Source: Epiperipatus broadwayi (taxonomy: Eukaryota > Animalia > Onychophora). From it: a stretch of 64,000 nucleotides of DNA. The notes beneath the pieces are model-generated. The model had not been told where the DNA came from, searched no databases, and worked only from the letters and a program-made list of their open reading frames with translations. Positions within the stretch are counted from its first letter, which is position 1. Each line of letters begins with the position of its first letter. This document shows, piece by piece, positions 41,011-52,330 of the stretch. The DNA lies in contig JAQFVV010000003.1 of the NCBI GenBank assembly GCA_028023455.1, positions 18,352,001-18,416,000 of the forward strand, in the 5' to 3' direction. The translations under genes and the position numbers were made by a program.

Positions 41011-42599
41011 GAGATTCCTGACTTGTATAAAGAGAAATCACAGTGCATCGCATCAACAACTTCAAAAAAATACATTTTGCAAATTTCAGGCACAGATACC
41101 TTCTTCACTCAGAACTACAAACGGACATAATAAAATTTTTATTACTTCATTGACTAATAAAACTTCTTTTTTGAGAAAATATTTTAAGTAATAAATAATA
41201 TTTAGCATTCTTTAAATATTTGTTTACTTACTATCCAGTCAAATAGCTTGTATACAGTGCGAACAAATAAAAAAAATTTTAACTGTTGCATTAAGTGTTT
41301 TTTGTTGCATTTACTGGTGCTTTAGATATATAAAGGAAACATTGTCAAGTAGGAAGCAAATATTCGTGCGCTGTATTATAGTTTGTATCATATACGGTAA
41401 GCTATATTTATTGTGATCACTCCTTATTATAAATCAACAGCGAGAAGGCATTCAAAGCTAAAAATTTTACATTTCATCTATTATAAAGAATCATACCTTT
41501 GAGTATTATAATCAACTTAATGGCGAGATTCAATTAATTTTATTTTACAATTATTTTTACTTTACTTTGCATTTTTTAATTTTATCTACTCTTGAAGGAA
41601 ATGTTTTATAGGGGAGATGAGAAATATAAAAGGGAAAAATATGCGTTGCAGCAAAGAATTTCTAACTCAATTTTTAACTGAGCATTTTATTTTAAATATC
41701 ACAAAAAACTGTAACGAGTTATGATTATCATATCTGTCATTACAAAAGGCTAACAATAGAGATTTGTTTTTAAGGAAACGATTGATAGATCAGTATTTTT
41801 ATTGTAATAAAATGATTTGATTATATTACTTAGTATTTAGAATAATCATCACATCACATGATCACCTAGTTTGGGATTTTATGCACAAACCTTTCGGCAA
41901 TCATTAGATTACTCTGGCTTGCACTGAATTGTGCTCCTATAAGGAAAGTTTTGCCTCTGTGATATTTAGAACAAAGGAACCTCAAAATTAGGTTGAGCTT
42001 AATGTCTTACAAATACTTGATCCGTCACTATCAGTGAAAAACATATAACGCCTGAATTATTAATAACAAATATCATTTATTTAAGAAAAAGAGTTGGTTT
42101 TATCCATTCAAAAATCCACCCAATTACGTTTCTCACTAAATTTAAAAAAAAAAAAACATTAGGGGAAATGCGATATTTCTTTTTTGTAATGTCATGGAAA
42201 GGGGCCATTTTTTAAATTGCTCATGTGGTATAATAACATCCTAAACACGTTCAATTAAACTGAAAACAAACTAGATTTATTTAAATCAGCCAGCCTGGGA
42301 TTTTGGTCCCAGTGCAAAAGATGAAAATTAAGCACTTTCAATTTAATCATTAAAAAATAATAATTTTATTGAAATTTTATATCTTTAATGAAGAAAATTC
42401 AAAATTATATAAAAATATATATATTATGCATTTTAATAAAAGCAAAATATATATTATTTGATTTATATTTCAAACGATGTAAAAGCTAACAAGTCACTCT
42501 TGCTATATTATGTGACTATATACATGATATGGAATGTTTATCGATCATCGGTCTGCAGATTGGAATCAGTCTATGAACATGTGATGTTTAGTGGGTTAA

Positions 42600-43010
42600 C
42601 ACCAATCCTGCCTAATAGGATAGTGGTGGCTATGGTTGTTTAAGAGCCAAAGACACCAAAATGTATGGGTGCTGAATTGAGTTCAGACCCATATGACTAT
42701 ATAAGCTATTGAGCTTAGATTGAAAATATTAGTGTGTTTTCAATTTCATTTTCATAGTTTTGTAGTAAAGTAGAGTTAAAAGGTAGCTGCTGGAGGGTTG
42801 CATTAGATCCTAAGATCTAGGTGCAGTGCTCTAAGATCCAAGGCTCCTCACTGATGATGGCCACAAGCCAGAAACTAGTCTGGGGATATTGGATGAGTAG
42901 GCACTAGATAGGGATTTTATGCACAAGCCTTCTGGCATCCATTGATTACTCTGTTTGGCGCAGGGTGGCACTACTGTATGGAGAGTTTTGGCTTTGTTTA
43001 CAACAATTAT
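42600..43010 (+). mobile_element. SINE-like repeat with a tRNA-like head and an internal hammerhead ribozyme
   Basis: Degenerate A-box (GTGGCTATGGTTG...AGAGC) and B-box (GGAGTTCAGACCC) at ~42620-42692; HHR at 42836-42894; other fragments at 405-598, 41885-41960 and ~43385-43440. Confidence 0.65.
42836..42894 (+). ncRNA. Apparently intact type I minimal hammerhead ribozyme
   Basis: Stem I TCCTCA/TGGGGA plus ATCCAA/TTGGAT beyond an internal loop; core CTGATGA; stem II TGGC-CACAA-GCCA; GAAAC; palindromic helix III ACTAGT; predicted cleavage after GTC (42880). Confidence 0.8.
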
Positions 43011-43094
43011 GTGCTAGTATAGAGATGATGATCATATGATGTTTAGTGGTTTAATCAGTCTATGAAGAAAGTTGACCAATCCATAAAAGAATAC

Positions 43095-43280
43095 TATAAG
43101 TTCTGAAGAAGATTGCTGGGGCGAAACTGTCATATTAGGTTGTAAAAAAAGCATTGTAAAAATAATAAAAAAACATAGATGATATTAATATTATATGGAT
43201 TTGGCAATGCCATAGGAAAGATAAAGTTGTTTTAAAACATTAATTTAATTGTTAAATGGGAGTTACCTTATTAAATTTTT
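43095..43280 (+). mobile_element. Third copy of the 26.3-26.6 kb arm sequence with an HHR-like motif
   Basis: CTGAAGAAGATTGCTGGGGCGAAACTGTC at 43103-43131, followed by sequence homologous to 26490-26600. Confidence 0.7.
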
Positions 43281-44849
43281 TAATATGATTATTTGCTAAT
43301 GACTACATAGTTAAGAAAATTAAAATGTATGACATGCTGTATAGCACAAAAATAAATGCAATACATATTATATCAATTAAGACAAAACTCTCCATACAGT
43401 AGTATAAGAGATGGTGATCATGTGATGTTTAGTGGTTTACATATTATATCCTTATAAAGTTCAATTTACTTATAAATTTTATATTGGTGGTCCATGAAAA
43501 GTGCATTAAGGTTGTATATAATATTTTCAATTTTTCTCTGAATGTTAACAATGAAGTTATTTTATTTATATCTTCTAATCTGTATTGCCTCATTTAATCA
43601 ATTACACTCTTTTTGAAATCAAGAAAATTATTATTTCTCACAATGGCTGTCATGTTTCTTCATTAATTATCTCACATTGGGCATCAAAAATTTCTATTAT
43701 GAATATCATTATGCATGTTTGTAATTCAAGTTTGATGGGGCATCTGGGATAATAAAGTATATATATATATTACATGAGTATTTATCTCATTTATATGAAA
43801 GAAAAAAGGTAATGTAATTTATCATTACCTATTGATGCAGATGCCTTGCCAAGGGCTGTAGCAACAATTGTTTGAGAGAATGTAGAGATAATTTGCATGT
43901 TAGTACTGGTATAAGATTTTATTGTTTTATATATTTTTGCTTTATGCATTTTTTACTTATGCATTTCATCAAGTTAACCGAATAGTGCAACATTGCTAAT
44001 GAGTTTCATGAATCCCAAAACTATGATTCAGTGCTAACAGCACTTCTACAAAAGAATATAGGCTCAAACCTAAGTTGCTAGTGAAACTATTCTAGGTTTT
44101 TAGTAATATAACCAGCCAGAACTAATAAATATTCTAGCCACCTTAGGCATCATCATAAGTTATATCCACATGATGAGCAGTGAGTATTACTGTTGAGGAG
44201 TTAACATTATTTGTAATAGGCTTTAAACTGATAATGTCCCTCAGTATGTTCATCATAGTTTATAACTGGATCAGTAAGCCATTAACTTGTTTATTTGGAT
44301 CCCATTATATTTATGTCCAAGTCCTGGCAGTCTAATAAGGGTCATGCTTTATATATATAAACTTTAAATTAAACTTATATATATATATAAACTTTAAATT
44401 AAACATATTTCAATGTATATGTAAACATTGAGCTGTGTTTAATTTAAAGTTTACATATTAAATTTTATTTAATTATTATAATCAAGATGTTAAAAGTGAG
44501 ATGCTATCTTCCACCTTATATAAATAATTAGGAATTTAATAACTGTTAAATACCATATTTCATTTGGCTGATAAATTAATTTCACCCTGAATTATCAACA
44601 ATATTGACAAAGATATGCTTATGAATATTAGAGCTCCCAAGAATAGATAGTTTGTTCTATTCTTGATCCTTTGTTCAACATTTAGAGTGCTTTTAATTCA
44701 TGGCCTGGTGGAGGGTGATTTACTCCCTTGCTATATATTGTACCGGTCAGAATTGTATGTTCGTCTAACAAGGGCTAGCTACTAGGCAAAAGTATCTAGA
44801 GTCCAATCATGTACAAGATACATAAGTCGGGAACAATCATGAACTCTGC

Positions 44850-45110
44850 CCTATTGCCTATTTTCCAGACCTATAACATTATGAACAACATTTCTGATGA
44901 TAACAAATGAAATTTTATTCATTCCTATCCCGGAGCAACAGTGGAGAAACAAGAGATCTACAGGGAATTATAATACTACTAGACTTCGAACCCCCACTCC
45001 CAACAGAATGAACTTGCTCAAGATTATAATTAGACTTTTCATAAAATTCATTAATAAATCTAGAAATTGGCCTAGGGTCAGTGGAAATCAGCTATATATA
45101 ATGCAATCTA
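44850..45110 (+). mobile_element. Possible CR1/L2 ORF1 esterase-domain remnant
   Basis: FIHSYPGATVEK resembles the V.C.PGA.V motif of SGNH-esterase ORF1s; little else supports it. Confidence 0.3.
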
Positions 45111-48019
45111 ATTAACGATGTGTATGCATAAATCATGAGGCAAAGCAGACTTAAGTAATAATTATATAGTTAATAATTTATTAATATTAGTTAGAAAACT
45201 GAATAAACAAATATTTAATTTAACAAACAGTTGCGAATCTATTTATATATAACACTAATAGAGTTTATGGGTTTCACATGATTATGAATGTTGATTTGTG
45301 TATTGAAGAAATTACATAATAATAGCACATAAGTTAATAACTAAATAATATGCAAATGAATACGATGATTAAAAATTGTACAGGTAGTCAAAAGATGCGG
45401 CTTAATATGCTAACAGTAGATACCAATTTTACCATATTATAACTTGGACACTATGATTATTTTTATGAAAAATAAATGATCTTCAAAACAGATAAGTGGG
45501 ATATAAGTTACATCAATTTACTATGGTTCATTTGAACCATGTACGAAAATATTTTATAATTTACATTATTCACTTCAAAAGTCATTAGACTTTAAAATGT
45601 TCAAACAGAAAAGTTATTTGTATTTTATTCTATTCTTTTCTGACTGGAAAAGATTTATTTAGCATTATTTATTAGCGCACTCAAACATTGTCTCAATGAG
45701 AGGGCGGGTAGCTTAAATAAACTTTAAAATGACATTCCCTAACTTATAATATAAATGAAAATATGAGATGGATTTAGAAATCATGGCATTACGTCTTACA
45801 GATTTAAAATGGGCAAATATAAAAATATTAAACAAGAATCACGGTGCTGACTAAAGTAATAATGCTAAAAAAGATTGAGTCCATTTTAGGACGAACGCTT
45901 CATCAATTTTATAAGAATATGAAATGTGTCTGTACACATGACAGGTCAGCATTTGAAAAAGGTGGTCTCATAGGAATTGCATGGTCCGGCTTTCCAGTGT
46001 TAATCCATGTAGAGCCTAAACAATAACCTGACAATATCCTGGAGCCGGTGCTTCCAAGCCCCAGCCCCATTCACGGATATGCCCTTAAGTAAAAGAATCC
46101 CATTTCTCCGGGTTTTAAGTTTGACAAAGCAAAGCGAGGAAATTTTGTAATGTTATGTAAGCCAAGAAACCCTAATTATAAAAAATAAATCAGGTTCTTC
46201 ATGATGATGATATGTGGATTAAGGCCCTCATAATTTAATAGAATCTAGCGTAATGATATGAAATAATTTGATCCCTCTTGAAAGGTATGCAAATGACCCT
46301 TAATATTAGTTAGGACATCACAAATAAAAGAGGGATTATTGTTCCCTTCATTAAACAAATATTAATACACTAACCAGTAATTAATTCCATAATTACCATG
46401 CTAGATGGCATGATGGGCAAATGATTGACCATATAATAAAAAAACCAGCAAAGGTAGGTCATTAAGTTTACTTTAAAATATAATATGAAAATAAAATCAT
46501 TAGCGTATCATGGTAATAAAGTGATAGATTAAATGTATCAGTGAATAATCTGCCACTAAGCAAATAGAATAATTTAAAAATATTATTCAATCGAGCAAAC
46601 TTTTAGTTAGGTAAGAAAGCTTACATTTACGATTTAACATCCCATAATATCGAGGATATCTAATATAAGAAAATTTAGGATCGGTTCGCTCGATTGAACT
46701 ATTAGCATATTAAATTAAATCATACGAAATTTATAATATTAAAAATAAAAGTTTGCCACATTTAAAATATTAAAAATAGAAATTGTGAAACCCATTAAAG
46801 AAATGCATTAAAAAATAAATAAAGTTATAGATTCGTGCATTAGATTTTTATAACAGAAAGAGAAAGTCATTACGTTCTAGAATGGTTACAATTAGCATTA
46901 CAACGTCATGTTTAAATAAAAGAGTTATATTACAAATAATTTAGATTTTAAAATGAAAGTTTTGAAAGAGTTCATATTAGCGGCATGATTAGGATTTACC
47001 TTCCATAACTTGATGTCTTGACGTATGTACGGATTGGAAAGTGTAAAATTATAAATGAGGAAAACACGGTTTGCAAGGCAAAGCTTTGAAAAATAATGGC
47101 TGGCATCTTGAGATAGTTATTACAGCATTTAAATTAGGCACTCCATAAGTGGAGATGGTAGGTTAGCATAGCAGTATGGAAATGATTTTTGGAGAAGAAA
47201 GGGGAAGCAAATTTAGTCCCTCTACTCTGGATTCATATTTCAAAATTTAAATTGATGTGGGTCTGTTCTGCAACACTGTTTAAAATGGCAAACTAAGAGA
47301 CTTAGCCCAAAATTTTGGCTCTATTTATATTAGTAAGACCTTCTCGAATATTCTCTGTTTCCGCTTGGTAAGGCCCGGATGTTCATTAAGTGGCCTGAAA
47401 GCACCTATTGTTTATTTTCAATGATAATGCAACAAGTTCTAGAGAGTATTGTTTTAATCTATTTCAAGAATGGAAATAGATTCAAAAGATATAATTTTCA
47501 TTAACATTTTGTTTGCTAAGGGATTTTAATTTATTAATTACCCTTTTAAAATTAAATCTAGAATATTCTTTTATTTATACATTTCAGAGTTATTTTAATT
47601 ACTCTCTAGAACTTTCTTTGGTATTGCATCATAAAATAAAATACGCAAACTGTAAAACAAATATACATAATATTTAATAACGAAAAATATATTTTTATCA
47701 ATAATGTATTTTTGCAAATCTTGAACACGCATACATGATTACTTAAAGGGAATGGAAATTTAAATATTTCCAACTTAAAATTATTAAATATTATTTTATA
47801 ATAAAAATGTTTAACTTATGAAAGTACAAAAATAAAGGAGGGTTTTAAAACTTGTATGTGCGTCCTTTCACTCTCTAGTGATTTAACACATATATAGTTG
47901 GATTTAAACCTCTGATTCAAGGTTTTGAAGCACCAGACAGTGAAGCAAAAATATGTGTGATATATTTTCCACTTCAATATATATAATACAAATAAAATGT
48001 CTGTTAATTAAAAAACTAT

Positions 48020-48465
48020 TGTAATAACAATAAAAATAATGGTAATTAACTATTATATACAGTTTTTCAATCCACAGAAGTACTTTTGGTTAATTCCTTA
48101 ACTTGCCTCAATTGCCATTAAATTCAAAAAACAAAATGGAAGCAAATGTCATCAACTCAAATCCCATGAAGCTTGTCTATTAATTATATTCATTTCATTT
48201 CTATTTATTAAAATAATAAAAGAAAAATTAAAGAGATAATTTTAATAAATAGAAATAAAATGAATATAATTAATAGACAAGCTGCTAACATTAAAATTCA
48301 GGATTCATGAGATTTGAGTTGATGACATTTGTTTCTGTTTTGTTTTTTGAATTTAACTGCAGTTGAGGCCGGTTAAGGAATTAACCGAAGGTACTTCTGT
48401 GGATTGAAACACTGTATATAATAGTTAATTATCATTATATTTATTATTTTTATTGTTATTATATA
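48020..48465. repeat. MITE/foldback hairpin
   Basis: Long inverted arms (cagtttttcaatccacagaagtac... / ...gtacttctgtggattgaaacactg) running almost to the centre. Confidence 0.85.
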
Positions 48466-48659
48466 TATATAAAGTTTACAGTATCCAATTTTATTTAATT
48501 TATTTGATTCTGTTTAAATTATATTTAATGTTTATAGAAAGGATTAATGAAAATCAGCAAGACATAGACAATGGATATTGTCATAATTCTAAAAAATATT
48601 TATTAAGATGTAATTATAGTGATTAAATTATTTAGTGACATTAAAAAGATTACAATAAT

Positions 48660-49415
48660 AAGGGTATAAGAAAGGGTGAATCTCTATCTCCAAAACGTTT
48701 TATATAGTGATTATTTAAGTCATATAGATTTTGTAAGTGATCTGATTATTTTTGGAAAGAATGCTTCAGAGCTTCAGGAAATTTTGCAAACATCAAATAA
48801 AATGTTCAATAGATTTTCTCAAAAGAGGATAATAAAAATTGATAATCATGAATTAGAAAAAGTTAATAATCAGATTATTAATACAGATAGAAGCAATAAA
48901 TAAAATTAATCATAGAATTAAAATTTGGATGAAATATTTTTGATAGATATGATTTAATAGTAACAGAATATATGTCTACAGGTTTGAACTGGAAGTTTTT
49001 TTCAATAAATATGATTTACTAACTTTGATACTTAACAGAAGAATGATACAGAGACTTTAGACCATTCAATGAAATATGGAGTGATATATATTGAGAGAAA
49101 AGGAAGAGATCGAAGTGAAATATTTTGGTGATAAATTAAACACATATCATTGACATTGATGAAAAAATTAAGAGATTGAATGGAGTTGGATGGACATATT
49201 ACTAGAAAAAATAATAACAGATGAACAATTGAAGTCCTAAACTGCACCCCAAAAGATTATAAAATACCTAGAAAGAAACTACATGAGATGGATAGATGAA
49301 ATTTGTTAGTGTGATGTGGAGAAGAGAAGCTATGGATTAAAGAAACTGGACTAAATTTTGAGAAATCTTCATCATGCAGTAGACTGATAATGATTGAAAA
49401 TGTTGTTATATATAC
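48660..49415 (+). mobile_element. Decayed RTE LINE 3' part
   Basis: GIRKGESLSPKRF, ELQEILQ, KIDNHELEKV and ..W..DGHITR; homologous to 1993-2900. Confidence 0.75.
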
Positions 49416-49451
49416 ATTATAAATATTTCTGAGTGAAAGATATACAATTGT

Positions 49452-50323
49452 TAAATAATAATCAGAAAATAATAAATTCTTTACAATAGCTATATAAATA
49501 TCAATAATAATTTTTTTATACATTAAAAGCCTTTTTCAGCACCTGATTTGGTGCCCTTTTCAAATGTTAATAATCTATTTAATGTTAATGAATTATTTCA
49601 GACATAAAACCATCTAGTGTTCAATAATGGAATTAAAACAAACAATAACAATATGTTTTGCTCTCTCTAAACAATGGATTAATTAAAAATTCAAACGCAT
49701 TTGCATAATCATAACAATCGTTAGTTACAAAGCTATGAGTATGAGATTCAAACATGAAATCTCGAAAGCGCTTAGCAAAGCTATTATAAATTAGAGTAAA
49801 ATTATAGCTTCACTATTTAATGCGAAAAAAAAAAAAAAGTCGCATACTTATAATTATAAATCATTAAAATAAATCAAAATCCTCAGACATAAATCCAGTA
49901 ATTACAAAATAATTGACTATATCATAACAATACAATAAATAAATTACATGCATTTTTTAAATTTTTTTTTACAATTATATGTATGTCATTTTATATAAGT
50001 TTCCATTCATTTTTAATATATAATTGTATAAAAAAATTGTTATGATATAGTCAATTATTTTGTAATTACTGATATATATATATATATGAGGCTTTTGATT
50101 TATTTTTAAGGTTTTTGATTGTTATTGTTTGTTTTAATTCCATTATTGAACACTATATGGTTTTATGTCTGAAATAGTTTGTTAAAATTAAATAGCTTAT
50201 TAAGATTTGAAAAAGGCATCAAACCAGGTGCTGAAAAAGTATTTTAATGTATATAAAAAAATTATTATTGATATTTACATAGCTGTTGTAAAGAATTTAT
50301 TATTATTTTCTGATTATTATTTT
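49452..50323. repeat. Foldback element with decayed HHR-like motifs in both arms and an insertion in the left arm
   Basis: 49452-49650 is the reverse complement of 50105-50323, and 49860-49935 of 50035-50105. The arms read TTGAAAA(G/A)GGCA(C/T)C-AAA(T/C)CA-GGTGC-TGAAA (49531-49565 minus, 50207-50236 plus). Confidence 0.8.
49732..49776 (+). ncRNA. Variant-core minimal hammerhead-like motif (A3-U8)
   Basis: GCT-ATGAGTA-T-GAGATTCA-AACA-TGAAATCTC-GAA-AGCGCT-T-AGC; related copy at 51668-51707. Confidence 0.6.
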
Positions 50324-51980
50324 ATGGAAGGACAGCATGAAGATTTATATTGCATTTTTGAATGTAAATGCCCAAACCTCATTTTCAGCATTGAAAATAG
50401 TAAAATATATTTTTGGAATATATACAATAAAATCAATAGTTATGAAATCGAGATATAAAAAGAAAATAGGTAAAGAATTTTTAAATATCTCACTCCCAAA
50501 CATTCACAGAGAAACAGTGAAGGATAATGTAGTACTCACAGGCTTACCAATATATTGTCTGCATACCAATGGCTAGATGTCCAATTATTGACCAATATTG
50601 AACTAACTATTTAAAAGAAAAATTCTTAGTCTGTTGAAAAAAATTTCAAGTTCAATTAACCCAAATTTGAATTTAGGTTATAAGTAGCAGATACACTGAT
50701 ATTTAACTATGAACGCTTCTACGATATTACAGATATGACTACATAAACAAAAGCTAAATAAAATATTTATCATATAAATTTGTTTTTATCTATTCTTGTT
50801 AAATACAATTAGCCAGTTAAGCACAGTCATTATGAAGAAATTGTAAAAATTGTAAGCAGAAGATAAATGTACTCAATTGTTAATTACAACATAAACTGAA
50901 TAAACTTTATATAGGTAGTGGTCTGTCTACTTAAGATAAAAATTGTTAGATTCTATTTTAAGCAAATAAGTACACTGATGAAAGTCTGATCAAATCCAGA
51001 TTGGTGGATTTGAACTATATATATAAATATGGGCCTTGCAAAAAATATCTATTCAGTTGTTTGAAAGATTATCTGGAAAAACATTCAGAAAAGAGAATTT
51101 GATTTGACATATATATTAAGTGGTGAAGTTATCCCTTGAGTAAATGGTAAATCTGATTTACATAATAGTTTTTTTTTCCCAAGTGGCAACTTATCTTCTG
51201 ATATGTGTATGGATAGCAACTGAGAGAATCCATATTTCTCATTATAAAAATACAAACAAAGCATACTATTAATAATTTCCAATAGCATTAGTCAGCTTTC
51301 TAAGAGGATTATGCCTTGGAATTTATTTTAGATCTAAGCTTTGAAAAATGCGAAAAATAAGTTAGTCTCTATCCGAATCTCCATACTGTTGCAAATTAAG
51401 TTCAATTTACAAAATGTAAACTCTCAATATCAATATTGAAAATAATATTAAGAGAACTATCATTCATTTTACTGATCATTCAAAACTGACGACAATATTT
51501 CAATAATTGGATGAATATCGTTTACTATTGCAAAAACATCATTTTTTGTCTTTGTGATTTTAAATACGATTTGCTCAAATTTATCAGTTTTCAATAATAA
51601 AATTTATTAATCAATTTATTAGTTTATTTTAATAATAACAGCTCTGCATTACCATTGATTGCACTCAGCGATGAATATGAAATCTAGGAACTTCGAAAGC
51701 GCTTAGCGTATATAAACATATAAACAAAATTAAACTTCTCTAACAAGCGTATTAGCGCAGAATTATTAGTAATAATTTGTTAAGTAACATTCGAGGGAAG
51801 GAGGAGGGGATGACATTGTTTACTACATCAGACAAAAAAGTTAAAGTATTAATAAGATAACATCTAGAAATCCTATTAATTCGGAATTGTGAATTAAAAT
51901 AATTTTGACATACATTAAATCCAAAAGTTTATAGCGAATATAATAAAAATTTAATTTAGATAAATTTAACTTTTTTTTAC

Positions 51981-52034
51981 CTTGCAAGTAGCATTCACTT
52001 GCGGCATAGGCATGTTTATATTATTTGCAGCCAT
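51981..52034 (-). CDS. PIERCE1: PIERCE-family gene, putative first coding exon (MAANNINMPMPQVNATCK)
   Basis: ATG at 52034, 54 nt, ends AAG|gtaaaa in phase 0, matching the phase-0 start of the exon at 39467. Lies in CpG-retaining DNA ~100 bp downstream of an X-box-like motif. The peptide itself is not recognisably conserved. Confidence 0.6.
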
Positions 52035-52136
52035 TCCGGGGTTTAAATTTATTGAAAATTTCGAATAAATGTGAAAAAATATGTTGAATGTTTATATTAC
52101 ATAATAAAACTTCAGCAAACCTTAAGGAATCCGCGC

Positions 52137-52148
52137 GTCGTTAGCAAC
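52137..52148. promoter_or_regulatory. RFX X-box-like motif GTCGTTAGCAAC
   Basis: Contains the TAGCAAC/GTTGCTA RFX half-site and a GTNNYY-RGCAAC layout, 103 bp upstream of the proposed ATG of a ciliary gene, in a CpG-rich patch (CCGCGCGTCG). Confidence 0.55.
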
Positions 52149-52242
52149 GAAGATTTAGAACAAATTATGACATCTAGTGGTAGAAGACTAAATCTACTAC
52201 TTCCTTATTTTGCTGTAATATTTTATATAAATACAATTTGTT

Positions 52243-52330
52243 CACTTTACTTCAAATACTTTTTAGCAAAAAATTTTTTATTGACATACAATAATTTTTT
52301 TCTTTTCTAAAAAGTGTTTGAAGTAAGGTG
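52243..52330. repeat. Small hairpin/MITE-like remnant in the promoter region
   Basis: cactttacttcaaatactttttag ... ctaaaaagtgtttgaagtaaggtg; the left arm recurs at ~55105-55130. Confidence 0.6.

Noticed and set aside
44894-44912. CTGATGA...GAAA as a hammerhead (also CTGATGA at 30282 and 50975)
   Set aside because: No stem II followed by GAAA, and no stem I pairing.
48060-48414. Tc1/mariner MITE with TA TSD (TA-CAGT...ACTG-TA)
   Set aside because: The inverted symmetry continues ~40 bp beyond the TA dinucleotides, so these are probably not the true ends.
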